A stretch of 64,000 nucleotides of DNA, taken from the IMG/VR virus record IMGVR_UViG_3300027125_000001, one strand, 5' to 3'. Within the stretch, counting starts at the first letter, position 1. Each line of letters opens with the position of its first letter. Under the pieces are notes generated by a model. The model worked only from the letters and a program-made list of their open reading frames with translations. It was not told the origin of the DNA and searched no databases. Positions 31,763 to 39,965 of this stretch are shown one piece after another. Position numbers and translations under genes: made by a program. Source of the stretch: a virus. Its lineage: Duplodnaviria; Heunggongvirae; Uroviricota; Caudoviricetes.

Positions 31763-32779
31763 TCAATTATCGTAAATATTGATCACATTGTGCAGGAGTT
31801 GTGGTCCGTTGATGAACATTTCGCCAGCAACCTTATTAAGACCCAACGCGGTATTGGTGCCAATTTCATCTCGGTGATGGCTCGAGAGAGCCGTAGCCAA
31901 ATTGAAGACATCGTAGTTATTGACTTTCGTATAAACCAAACGCTGTTGCTTTGCTGGCATTTCGCTAAGATCGATACCACGATTCTTATGTTCGATGATA
32001 GTATCGAGATACCAATCAGGCATCAGGACATCTTGTTGGTCTGTAGTCAATACATCAGCAACTGCTTCCATTTCGTAGAATGATGCACGATGGTTCTTCA
32101 TCTTTTCTACCCGCGGGGCAATCAAAGAAGATGCATTGTTTTCTTTGATGAAGTTAAGGAACTGACGCCCAACATTCTTTGTTTTATGGGCTTGGCGGTA
32201 AACAAGATTCTCACGAGTTGTCATCCCATTCGTGCACAGCAAACGGAGGAAATAATTTGAATATTTCTGTGATACGAGACCGATCTGAGTAGTCACACCA
32301 AATTTCCAAAGATCACCATCACCACAATTGATTTCATCAGATCCAGTAGTGTCAATGAAGAAGGTTGCATTCTCTGGACTGAAATAGGCACGGCTAATGC
32401 TATTTTCAGAGGCGATGATGCTATTCACCAAATCATCAATACGATCATCGTAGTCTAGCTGGGTCGCTTCAGATGGTCCGTCTTTGATCACACAGGTAAT
32501 ATTCTCTTTCTTGTCCGCAATATAACCAAACCGCTTGTTGCGATCGATGGTCTGCAGAGCCTCTTGCAACGGCTTCCAATTTTGATCTGGTTCCTTGAGC
32601 ACACCATTAGTAAGGCGAGCTCGAAGGCCAATCACATCCATGAGATCGTTGAACTGTGTCGTATTGATCTTATTGTCGTGGATGTAAACGCCATCTTTGC
32701 TGCAATTAAGATCTGCCGCACTGAATGGCCGAACGTTGTAGGATTTGATTTCTGATTTGAGGTCGTCGATGATTTGCAT
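31763..32779 (-). CDS. hypothetical protein
   Basis: 338-aa ORF, no motif recognised. Confidence 0.45.
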   Translation of the reverse strand: MQIIDDLKSEIKSYNVRPFSAADLNCSKDGVYIHDNKINTTQFNDLMDVIGLRARLTNGVLKEPDQNWKPLQEALQTIDRNKRFGYIADKKENITCVIKDGPSEATQLDYDDRIDDLVNSIIASENSISRAYFSPENATFFIDTTGSDEINCGDGDLWKFGVTTQIGLVSQKYSNYFLRLLCTNGMTTRENLVYRQAHKTKNVGRQFLNFIKENNASSLIAPRVEKMKNHRASFYEMEAVADVLTTDQQDVLMPDWYLDTIIEHKNRGIDLSEMPAKQQRLVYTKVNNYDVFNLATALSSHHRDEIGTNTALGLNKVAGEMFINGPQLLHNVINIYDN

Positions 32780-32814
32780 GTTTTAATATCGCCGCTGGCG
32801 TGTACGCAATCAAC

Positions 32815-33396
32815 TCAATTCTCAATCAGCACATACGTAAATGTTTCTTTTGCAAAGTCTTGTCCATATAAGCGGATCGCTTCTGTTTTGGCCGCATTAT
32901 AGAACGCAGTCCATTGGCTAGGTGGAAATGTTTGACATCCTTCGGATGACGTTCCATTAATACCTCCCCTATGAATGTTGATTCCAAACCATCCAGTGTC
33001 CAATACACCACCATCTCTTTTAACTGTTACCTCACCCCTGCGTTGGCAGATCGCTGGATGTGGTCTACTTCCATTGTGTGTATCAAAGGCATATACAGGC
33101 CACACCCCTGGTTGCAGCACAGCAATCCCTTTACGTGTGCGTGTTTGCTTGCGATAGACTGATGGGTCAGTATTTGCGTTGTATGAAGCAAATACATTAG
33201 GAGAAATGATGAAAATAGCATCATCATAGATTCCTCGATCGTTTGATAATGGATTACCCATAGTCTTCTTATAGTAACCTCGAACTCCGCAAAACCACAG
33301 ATTATCTCCTGGTTTGAAGTCTGGATACTTTGCAGCTACTTGGCTTAGTAGCTCTTCCTTCGTGATTTGAGGTCTGCTTGCTGGTATAAATGGCAT
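32815..33396 (-). CDS. YkuD-like L,D-transpeptidase catalytic-domain protein
   Basis: GINIHRGGINGTSSEGCQTF matches the L,D-transpeptidase H...G...S.GC(I/Q) catalytic motif. Confidence 0.45.
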   Translation of the reverse strand: MPFIPASRPQITKEELLSQVAAKYPDFKPGDNLWFCGVRGYYKKTMGNPLSNDRGIYDDAIFIISPNVFASYNANTDPSVYRKQTRTRKGIAVLQPGVWPVYAFDTHNGSRPHPAICQRRGEVTVKRDGGVLDTGWFGINIHRGGINGTSSEGCQTFPPSQWTAFYNAAKTEAIRLYGQDFAKETFTYVLIEN

Positions 33397-33445
33397 GTAA
33401 AATACTTATGCCACAAATAGAAGGATATAAGTGTATGAAGTAAAA

Positions 33446-33522
33446 TGGTGGCTATAACAGGACTCGAACCTGCAAAACTTGCATCCTCAATGCAATACGT
33501 TTACCAATTACGTCATATAGCC
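33446..33522 (-). tRNA. tRNA, anticodon GAG (Leu-type) on a class I (short variable arm) body
   Basis: Hand-folded cloverleaf: acceptor GGCTATA/TATAGCC, D-arm ACGT-AATTGGTAA-ACGT, anticodon loop TTGAGGA, T-arm GCAGG-TTCGAGT-CCTGT, A73, encoded CCA. Confidence 0.6.
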
Positions 33523-33528
33523 ATGAAA

Positions 33529-33609
33529 TGGTAGGAGCGACAGGATTCGAACCTGTGATGATTGCCAGTGTGTAAAACTGGTGCGTTCGGCCGCTACGCT
33601 AACACTCCC
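33529..33609 (-). tRNA. tRNA-Val (UAC)
   Basis: Anticodon stem CCAGT/ACTGG, loop TTTACAC; T-arm ACAGG-TTCGAAT-CCTGT; G1-U72; CCA encoded. Confidence 0.6.
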
Positions 33610-33616
33610 ATAAAAA

Positions 33617-33691
33617 GTACCCGCAGAGGGATTCGAACCCCCAACCTCTTGATCCTAAGTCAAGTGCCTCTACCGATTGGGCTATGCGGGC
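33617..33691 (-). tRNA. tRNA, anticodon UAG (Leu-type) on a class I body
   Basis: Anticodon stem CTTGA/TCAAG, loop CTTAGGA; T-loop TTCGAAT; 5-nt variable region; 3' end encodes only A73-C74. Confidence 0.6.
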
Positions 33692-33919
33692 ATATGTAAA
33701 TTGTCGAGACCTGATCCATCGTGTGCACTCGAACACACCTCCCGCACCGATTAACTGCGGTGTTCAACCTATAAACTTCGAAATGGGGGTCTCAGTTAGT
33801 CTTTAGTATCTTTCGAACGATACCATTAACTATTCGCGAATTGGTTCCCTGGGATGGAATTGCACCATCTTCGTTCGCTTCACAGGCGAAGACATTAACT
33901 AAATATGCTACACAGGGCA

Positions 33920-33996
33920 TGGTAGCCACGATGGGACTCGAACCCATAGAAAACAGTTTTTGAGACCGTCACGTTTACCAATTACATCACGTGGCT
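33920..33996 (-). tRNA. tRNA, anticodon CAA (Leu-type) on a class I body
   Basis: Clean cloverleaf: D-arm ATGT-AATTGGTAA-ACGT, anticodon stem ACGGT/ACTGT, loop CTCAAAA, T-arm ATGGG-TTCGAGT-CCCAT, A73 CCA; 77 nt. Confidence 0.65.
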
Positions 33997-34006
33997 ATAT
34001 GGAAAA

Positions 34007-34081
34007 TGGTACCCAGTAGAGGAATCGAACCTCTATTCGCGGTTTAGAAGACCGCTGTCCTATCCGTTGAACGAACTGGGC
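34007..34081 (-). tRNA. tRNA-Arg (UCU)
   Basis: Anticodon stem GCGGT/ACCGC, loop CTTCTAA; T-arm AGAGG-TTCGATT-CCTCT; CCA encoded. Confidence 0.65.
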
Positions 34082-34084
34082 ATA

Positions 34085-34159
34085 TGGTGGGCAGTAGAGG
34101 AATCGAACCCCTGTCTCAACGTCCGTAGCGTTGCGTACTATCCGTTATACGAACCACCC
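34085..34159 (-). tRNA. tRNA-Arg (ACG)
   Basis: Anticodon stem CAACG/CGTTG, loop CTACGGA; T-loop TTCGATT; CCA encoded. Confidence 0.65.
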
Positions 34160-34231
34160 AAATTAACGAGGCCGTCTCTCCGGCTGTCACGCACTTTACC
34201 AGGTGGCGTTCGCCTATTCAGATCAGTATAA

Positions 34232-34720
34232 TCAGAACTTAAACCCAACACCTGCTCGAATTGCAACGACGCCATCCTTGGCATCATTCTCTACAAGGAA
34301 ATTGTAGGTTGCATCTGCAAACAGATTGAGGGTATTAGTAAGACTATAACTTAGACCGCCACCGGTTCGTACGGTCCATTGATCTGTATCGAATTCATAA
34401 GCACCGCCCGCCAAGCCATATACAGAAAGCTTCTCTCCTACGGGGACGTAATAGAGAAGATTACCACCTACGGTATAAAGGTCATCTGCTACACCAACAG
34501 TAAGTTCTGCTTTCAGATCGCCTACAACTGGAGCTTCAAGACTCAAACCTCCACCGACTGTTTCATCACCATTGTCAAGGACCACAGTTGTGAATGCCTT
34601 TGAAACCCATCCTGTGGATCCAACTTCTGGTGTAGCAGGGGTTGGAGGTGTTACAGGAGAGCCTGCAAATGCCATTTGTGTTGCGAGTGCCATTACTAGT
34701 GATAGTAGTTTTGTTTTCAT
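34232..34720 (-). CDS. outer-membrane beta-barrel protein (Ail/Lom/OmpX-like, ~8 strands) with signal peptide
   Basis: N-terminal MKTKLLSLVMALATQMAFA signal; alternating amphipathic strands; C-terminal ...AGVGFKF (terminal Phe as in OMP beta-signals); 162 aa. Confidence 0.55.
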   Translation of the reverse strand: MKTKLLSLVMALATQMAFAGSPVTPPTPATPEVGSTGWVSKAFTTVVLDNGDETVGGGLSLEAPVVGDLKAELTVGVADDLYTVGGNLLYYVPVGEKLSVYGLAGGAYEFDTDQWTVRTGGGLSYSLTNTLNLFADATYNFLVENDAKDGVVAIRAGVGFKF

Positions 34721-34819
34721 AATTTGATTTTGTTGAAGATGTTATCTTCGTTTATATTATACTTTGTGGTGTGTGTTAAATCAACATCTTATTGTTTGTT
34801 TTTTAAAAATCAAAAGAAA

Positions 34820-35164
34820 TTAATGCCTCTTTCTTTTCATCATAACTGCTACCCCCGCTGCTGTCATCAGGACTCCTGGGTTCGTTGGTTCGGGTGCGCT
34901 AATATGTTGCCCATAGCAATCCCATTGATTTCCATTCCGCACACAAATACCATCAGGCCCGTCAGAACCTAATGTATTTAATCGAAAAGAATTTTGCCCA
35001 TTAACTCCCTGCACTAAAAGGAACCCGATGCTTAAAATTAGTGCCATGTTGAATTTGCTTTTACACCAAATATAGAATTTAGTAGGAGCTACCATCAAAG
35101 AAGTGCGTTGGGGCTCTTCTTGTTTAGATTGATTGTTTGTAGTGGTTGTATGTATAGTGTGCAT
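34820..35164 (-). CDS. hypothetical protein
   Basis: 114-aa ORF. Confidence 0.3.
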   Translation of the reverse strand: MHTIHTTTTNNQSKQEEPQRTSLMVAPTKFYIWCKSKFNMALILSIGFLLVQGVNGQNSFRLNTLGSDGPDGICVRNGNQWDCYGQHISAPEPTNPGVLMTAAGVAVMMKRKRH

Positions 35165-35341
35165 GTTTTAAAATTGGAGGATGGCTTGAGAATCGCACTC
35201 AACAACAAACGTTTTGCAGACGTAGCCCTTCACTAGCCGGGTCGCCATCCAAATTGTGCGGTTCTCTCCCGCAGTCACTAGTTGAACTGATGTTGGATAT
35301 CCTCGACATGCGTCCGTCTAGTCGTCCATGCCAAATTTAAA

Positions 35342-35863
35342 TTAGTAGCTCAATACGTATCTGATAGTCACCCTCTCACCAGGAATCTCGAAGCTTGAGA
35401 CGTGTTCTGGAGGATCTCCATCTTCGCCTTCCAATTCGATGTCATCTGTACCGTTATAACCTTCAAGGTCATCATACAAGTCAGAGATAGCTGATTCGAT
35501 ATATGACGGAAGATAACGCGAATTGTCTTCTTCTGGATTGATGTATCTTCGCCCTCGTTTAATATATGCATCATATTCAACTACAGTCTTGTCACCTGAA
35601 GGTCGTGTATATACACCCCCGGGAGTTAATGCTATTGCACCATTTCGATCATATCGTTTGAGAATGTTTTCAAATGCTTGAATTGCTTTGGATGTCTTCG
35701 CTGGTGCAGTTAGTTCTGCTTCGATAAAAATCGAATATTCTTCAGAGTCGGATGCATTTGATGCGATTTGATCTGCGTACGCTTCACAGATGAGAGATTG
35801 GTCGTTAGTGGGCATAAGAGTATTTAAGGTTAAGTAAGTTGATGTTCTGCAAGTTTGGTACAA
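35342..35863 (-). CDS. hypothetical protein
   Basis: 173-aa ORF. Confidence 0.4.
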   Translation of the reverse strand: MYQTCRTSTYLTLNTLMPTNDQSLICEAYADQIASNASDSEEYSIFIEAELTAPAKTSKAIQAFENILKRYDRNGAIALTPGGVYTRPSGDKTVVEYDAYIKRGRRYINPEEDNSRYLPSYIESAISDLYDDLEGYNGTDDIELEGEDGDPPEHVSSFEIPGERVTIRYVLSY

Positions 35864-36126
35864 AAATCCTTGATTGCTTTGTTATATAGTTCCCTGAATG
35901 TATCTTCTCCAATATCTCCTTCAACAAGATAATCGATATGATGTACTATATCTGCAGCAGTATCTAATATAATCATTGCTACTTCAAACTTATCTAAAAT
36001 ATCAGTAGGATACTTCCGAGCCTGCCTGAATTCATTTGGAACTTCATTGCTATTAATAAGGGACATGATTTCCCTCGAAATGTCAGTCAATCGAAATTGA
36101 TTGTAATCAAAATGCCCTCCACTCAT
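35830..36126 (-). CDS. hypothetical protein
   Basis: 98-aa ORF. Confidence 0.35.
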   Translation of the reverse strand: MSGGHFDYNQFRLTDISREIMSLINSNEVPNEFRQARKYPTDILDKFEVAMIILDTAADIVHHIDYLVEGDIGEDTFRELYNKAIKDFCTKLAEHQLT

Positions 36127-36293
36127 ATTTTAGAAATCAATGATTGCATCGAGTGCGATAACCAATGCTTTGATAATCAATGCAAAGTACAATATAACTA
36201 AAAATCCAATGCTTGTGAAATAAATCAATTTTGGTATTGTAGTGATAATTGAGTCTATATCCATTATGTTGATTTGGTTGATTTGGTTGAATG

Positions 36294-36369
36294 TGGTGCG
36301 GTAGACAGGACTCGAACCTGCAACATTCTGAGTGGAAGTCAGACGCCCTACCAATTGAGCTACTACCGC
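36294..36369 (-). tRNA. tRNA-Gly (UCC)
   Basis: Acceptor GCGGTAG/CTACCGC, anticodon stem TCTGA/TCAGA, loop CTTCCAC, T-arm GCAGG-TTCGAGT-CCTGT, CCA encoded. Confidence 0.7.
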
Positions 36370-36393
36370 GTAAACAATTATACAACGGGGCTG

Positions 36394-36786
36394 TTAGCCT
36401 ATCAAGTCTTTTGTTGATGCTCTTGCGTAAAATGTGAACGTAATCGGAATTAGTTTCCATGTGTCGAGTACTTTTATAATCGGTCTCGTTTCACAATATC
36501 CGTCCCACCCCTCGACTACTTCAAATTCATCAGTTTCTTCCATGTCATATTCTTTCTTGCGAAGAATGAAAGAACCCGATTCTTCGTCATAAGATATTGC
36601 TTTGTTGTATTCTTCCAGAAACCACAGATCAGCATCAACATACAGAGTGTTTGTGCCTTTAAAAAATTTAAGAAGGTTTTGTTTGAATCTACACTCCCGA
36701 ACATCAGTACAGTCAGGATGCTTGTATTTTACTATAAACCTTGGATCTGATAATAGTTTATGGAAATGATTAAAAGATATATTCAT
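36394..36786 (-). CDS. hypothetical protein
   Basis: 130-aa ORF directly upstream (same strand) of the ligase gene. Confidence 0.4.
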   Translation of the reverse strand: MNISFNHFHKLLSDPRFIVKYKHPDCTDVRECRFKQNLLKFFKGTNTLYVDADLWFLEEYNKAISYDEESGSFILRKKEYDMEETDEFEVVEGWDGYCETRPIIKVLDTWKLIPITFTFYARASTKDLIG

Positions 36787-36788
36787 AC

Positions 36789-37925
36789 TTAGAATCCTTC
36801 ATATCTTACGATTTTCATTTTACCAAATCTAGGAATCCCCTGTGCAGTCTTTCCTTGGTATTTTACTGTGGCTAGCATCCCTTTGACTTTTTCGCGGTCA
36901 TTAAATAAGCCACGTGCATATTCTTCGTTGCCAATAACTCCAGTAGAAAAAGCTCTACCGTCTTCAAGAGCCAATACTGCTTCTGTGGCTAGTCCGGTGC
37001 GATTACCTTGACCTTCTTTGATTTCGACAATATTGAATTCTTCGTCTTGGAATTGTTTGAGTTTCAGAAGTCCTTTCGATCTTTTATTCTCATAGATAGA
37101 TGTAGTATCACGAATCATGATACCTTCATATCCATCTTCCACACACTCACTTTCATACTCCGCAATAGCATCGCTGCCATTTACGAACAATGTAGTAACC
37201 ATGTTTATATGCTCATTATTACAAAGCCGTAATTGCTTTGTAACCAATTGCCAATTTCTTTCGTCGAAAGTTAGTTGTCGGTTATTTAGATCAACAAGAT
37301 CATAAACATGATATTGAATATCTTTGCATTCCGCAGTGTGTTCAATTTGACGAACTAACCCCGAAATCTTTTCAAACGGAATGGTATGATTGTAAAGCTC
37401 ACCATCTAGAATAAAAGATTGATTTTCTTTGAATAAATCTTCAAGAGCATTTTCAATATGGGTGCATGAAGTGATCTGTTTGCCCTTTCGACTTTGGAGA
37501 TATACTTTACCATCTTTAAGATACGCAATGCATCTATGTCCGTCTAGTTTGGGCTGAAGAGCCAATGGTGTACCAGGTGCTAGAGGGTGCTGATCCCATT
37601 TATGAGCAAGCATCGGTTCAAAGAAATTCGCACCAGATGATTCCAATGTCTCGCTGAATCCGGCGTCCTTTTTCTTGCGATAGATAGATTCAGCCTTTTT
37701 CAGAGCTTGTTCTTCTGCCGTAGTTGCGTTTGCCTTACCAACATTCTTTGCGAAACAAATAGTCCATTGCGAAGTAGTCAGCTTGCCTCCTACTTGCCCT
37801 TCAATCGTTCGATACTTGTCACCTTCTACTTCAATGCTCCACTGAAGAGGTGCGCCTTTGGTACTGTATTTGTAAAGTGTTTGCATTGGATTTAATATGT
37901 TGAAATTGAATTGCGAGGACTCCAT
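36789..37925 (-). CDS. ATP-dependent DNA ligase
   Basis: Nucleotidyltransferase motif I KLDGHRC, 378 aa, OB-like C-terminal half. Confidence 0.65.
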   Translation of the reverse strand: MESSQFNFNILNPMQTLYKYSTKGAPLQWSIEVEGDKYRTIEGQVGGKLTTSQWTICFAKNVGKANATTAEEQALKKAESIYRKKKDAGFSETLESSGANFFEPMLAHKWDQHPLAPGTPLALQPKLDGHRCIAYLKDGKVYLQSRKGKQITSCTHIENALEDLFKENQSFILDGELYNHTIPFEKISGLVRQIEHTAECKDIQYHVYDLVDLNNRQLTFDERNWQLVTKQLRLCNNEHINMVTTLFVNGSDAIAEYESECVEDGYEGIMIRDTTSIYENKRSKGLLKLKQFQDEEFNIVEIKEGQGNRTGLATEAVLALEDGRAFSTGVIGNEEYARGLFNDREKVKGMLATVKYQGKTAQGIPRFGKMKIVRYEGF

Positions 37926-38119
37926 TCGTTTAAATCTACTATTTCATACCAATCACATGGCATATCTCCAATAGTATAACCACACCTACCGTAGTTATTT
38001 TCTTCCATTGTTTCAACCATATTGAGAGCCTCTTCGTATGAATCATACGAATCAACCCAATTGCTTGTACCCGCACCAGGATAATAGTCGTGGCCTGCTA
38101 TCAAAAGATATCTTTTCAT
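37892..38119 (-). CDS. hypothetical small protein
   Basis: 75-aa ORF. Confidence 0.35.
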   Translation of the reverse strand: MKRYLLIAGHDYYPGAGTSNWVDSYDSYEEALNMVETMEENNYGRCGYTIGDMPCDWYEIVDLNEWSPRNSISTY

Positions 38120-38141
38120 TTTTAGTATTGGTTATTGAAAT

Positions 38142-38216
38142 TGGTTGTCCCGACTGGAATCGAACCAGCTACCTATTCCTTATCAGGGAAGTGCTCTACC
38201 GATGAGCTACGAGACA
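38142..38216 (-). tRNA. tRNA-Ile (GAU)
   Basis: D-arm GCTC-ATCGGTA-GAGC, anticodon loop CTGATAA, T-loop TTCGATT, U1-A72 acceptor, CCA encoded. Confidence 0.6.
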
Positions 38217-38222
38217 ATAAAG

Positions 38223-38317
38223 TGGCGGAGTGCACTGGACTCGAACCAGATGGCTTTTTAGCAAAACCACAATCTGTTTAGCAAACAGTTCCAACGCGCC
38301 TGTTTGGTTTACACTCC
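38223..38317 (-). tRNA. tRNA-Ser (GCU), class II with long variable arm
   Basis: 95 nt; anticodon stem CTGT/ACAG, loop TTGCTAA; variable-arm hairpin GGTTTT-GCTA-AAAAGCC; T-arm CTGG-TTCGAGT-CCAG; G73 CCA. Confidence 0.55.
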
Positions 38318-38327
38318 GTATTGAAAT

Positions 38328-38402
38328 TGGTATCGCCGAGGGGAATCGAACCCCCATTTGAGGAATGAAAATCCTCCGTCCTAACCATTAGACGACGGCG
38401 AC
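38328..38402 (-). tRNA. tRNA-Glu (UUC)
   Basis: Anticodon stem GAGGA/TCCTC, loop TTTTCAT; T-arm GGGGG-TTCGATT-CCCCT; G1-U72; CCA encoded. Confidence 0.65.
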
Positions 38403-38407
38403 ATAAG

Positions 38408-38483
38408 TGGTGGGTTGACTCGGATTCGAACCGAGATGATCTGTTCTTCAGACAGACGCATGAACCATCATTGCTATCAACCC
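38408..38483 (-). tRNA. tRNA-Phe (GAA)
   Basis: Acceptor GGGTTGA/TCAACCC, anticodon stem TCTGT/ACAGA, loop CTGAAGA, T-loop TTCGAAT, CCA encoded. Confidence 0.7.
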
Positions 38484-38764
38484 GAAATTGGTTTGTCTTT
38501 CATGATTTCTATTAGACCTTCATCGATAAGCTTATTGAATATCTCTTTGAATTGTTTTTCAAATTCTATTTGATCTTTCTCGGCAATATAATCAAGGAAC
38601 ATGTTGTATACAGAAGCACATGCGCACGCAACGTAATAAGTATTAAAATTTAATCCCGAGTCAGGTGCTTGAAATCTAATTAACGGTCTATTCCCTTGTT
38701 TGCCATTTTTATCTGTAACTTTGACATTTGCAATGTAGCAGAATGGTTCTATTAGTTGTTCCAT
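38477..38764 (-). CDS. hypothetical protein
   Basis: 95-aa ORF. Confidence 0.35.
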   Translation of the reverse strand: MEQLIEPFCYIANVKVTDKNGKQGNRPLIRFQAPDSGLNFNTYYVACACASVYNMFLDYIAEKDQIEFEKQFKEIFNKLIDEGLIEIMKDKPISG

Positions 38765-39013
38765 TTAATTGAACAATGGCGAGGTTTCTACTTTTTCAAA
38801 TTTAGTGATGTACTCATCCAGTACACTAATATATTCTCGAGCACTTTGAATGTCCCGTTGCAATTCTTCAATTCTGGTTTTATCCTCTGTGCCACATGCC
38901 ATCCATTCACTATTTTCAATGCGAAGAAGATATTCTGACTTGATGTGAATAAGTTCTTTACGAATGATGTAGTTGACTAAGTCGTCTGCACATTGGCGTT
39001 GAGTTTTCTTCAT
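38765..39013 (-). CDS. hypothetical protein
   Basis: 82-aa ORF. Confidence 0.35.
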   Translation of the reverse strand: MKKTQRQCADDLVNYIIRKELIHIKSEYLLRIENSEWMACGTEDKTRIEELQRDIQSAREYISVLDEYITKFEKVETSPLFN

Positions 39014-39077
39014 GTTATATATTCACATCGGGTGTTGTTATTAGCAACTGCTTTGTGTTTTGATCGCAGTTATAAAT

Positions 39078-39152
39078 TGGCTCCTCAGGAAGGTTACGCT
39101 CCTTCATAATCCCGATTAACAGTCGGGTGCATTGCTAGTCTGCCACTGAGGA
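39078..39152 (-). tRNA. tRNA-Asn (GUU), atypical T-loop
   Basis: Anticodon stem CCCGA/TCGGG, loop CTGTTAA; T-arm GAAGG-AGCGTAA-CCTTC (non-canonical loop); U1-A72; CCA encoded. Confidence 0.5.
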
Positions 39153-39221
39153 ATATTAAAAATTAAATTAAATTATTACTTATATACTATAGCAATATAT
39201 CAGAGCGTTGACTGTATAAAT

Positions 39222-39296
39222 TGGTGCCTCCGATGGGACTCGAACCCATAACCTTCAGATTAAAAGTCTGTTATTCTACCATTGAATTACAGAGGC
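39222..39296 (-). tRNA. tRNA-Lys (UUU)
   Basis: Acceptor GCCTCTG/CGGAGGC, anticodon loop CTTTTAA, T-arm ATGGG-TTCGAGT-CCCAT, CCA encoded. Confidence 0.65.
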
Positions 39297-39305
39297 ATGT
39301 GCAGG

Positions 39306-39629
39306 TTAAACTTCTATTGAAATTTGATTGTGTGTAGGCCAGAATCTTTTTTTGTTATCTACCTGAATGTCGCGATCTACTTTAATGTAAGATCTACCCC
39401 AGCCTCTCCATATATGCCCTTGATTCATTTTCCTAGCATGTACTTTGAATGGTTTTTTTGGTGTCATCTTTCTGCTGATGGCGTAATGATAACACCCGAT
39501 TTGAATTCCAGGATGGCCGTTTAGTTGATCGGCGTTGTCTAAACAATATGCATATAAAGAGTAATATGCTTCACCAGCATTTACATCAATCCACTCATAT
39601 GTGGGTTTGTTGCGATCTTTTTTAGTCAT
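39306..39629 (-). CDS. hypothetical protein inside the tRNA array
   Basis: Listed ORF 39306..39872 runs across two tRNA genes; trimmed to internal Met (MTKKDRNKPTYEW...), 107 aa. Confidence 0.35.
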   Translation of the reverse strand: MTKKDRNKPTYEWIDVNAGEAYYSLYAYCLDNADQLNGHPGIQIGCYHYAISRKMTPKKPFKVHARKMNQGHIWRGWGRSYIKVDRDIQVDNKKRFWPTHNQISIEV

Positions 39630-39647
39630 TTTTGTTTTCGTTGAAAT

Positions 39648-39742
39648 TGGTACTCCTGGCCGGATTCGAACCGACAACCGCGCCCTAATCTGGGGCATAC
39701 GAAAGGTATAAGCTTTCCGCTCTACCAATTGAGCTACAGGAG
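39648..39742 (-). tRNA. atypical class II tRNA, anticodon UAU, with long hairpin variable arm
   Basis: 95 nt; D-arm GCTC-AATTGGTA-GAGC; anticodon stem GAAAG/CTTTC, loop CTTATAC (U33, A37); variable hairpin TGCCC-CAGATTA-GGGCG; T-arm GTCGG-TTCGAAT-CCGGC; G1-U72, A73 CCA. Confidence 0.5.
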
Positions 39743-39757
39743 CACATATGTTGAAAT

Positions 39758-39832
39758 TGGTTGCGGGAGATGGACTTGCACCACCGACCTCCTGGTTATG
39801 AGCCAGTTGAGCTACTACTGCTCTATCCCGCA
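39758..39832 (-). tRNA. tRNA with anticodon CAU (Met, fMet or Ile-lysidine type)
   Basis: D-arm GAGC-AGTAGTA-GCTC, anticodon loop CTCATAA, T-arm GGTGG-TGCAAGT-CCATC (variant T-loop), U1-A72, CCA encoded. Confidence 0.6.
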
Positions 39833-39889
39833 ATGTGTAGTTAATATTAACACGTGGTTGTGTTGTTATCAACTTGTTTATTTATAAAT

Positions 39890-39965
39890 TGGTCTGGATG
39901 GTGGGATTCGAACCCACGACCTTTTGATCCCAAATCAAATGTTCTACCAAGCTGAACTACATCCA
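39890..39965 (-). tRNA. tRNA-Pro (UGG)
   Basis: C1-G72 acceptor (CTGGATG/CATCCAG) typical of bacterial tRNA-Pro, anticodon loop TTTGGGA, T-loop TTCGAAT, CCA encoded. Confidence 0.7.

Noticed and set aside
36137-36460. 107-aa ORF and the long N-terminal extensions of ORFs 39306..39872 and 40582..40905
   Set aside because: They run straight through well-formed tRNA genes on the same strand. They are treated as spurious or trimmed to internal starts.
38223-38317. First reading of this 95-nt element as a non-tRNA structured RNA with two GCUA-loop hairpins
   Set aside because: Refolding gives a consistent class II tRNA-Ser(GCU): 3-bp D-stem, anticodon loop TTGCTAA and a long variable hairpin.
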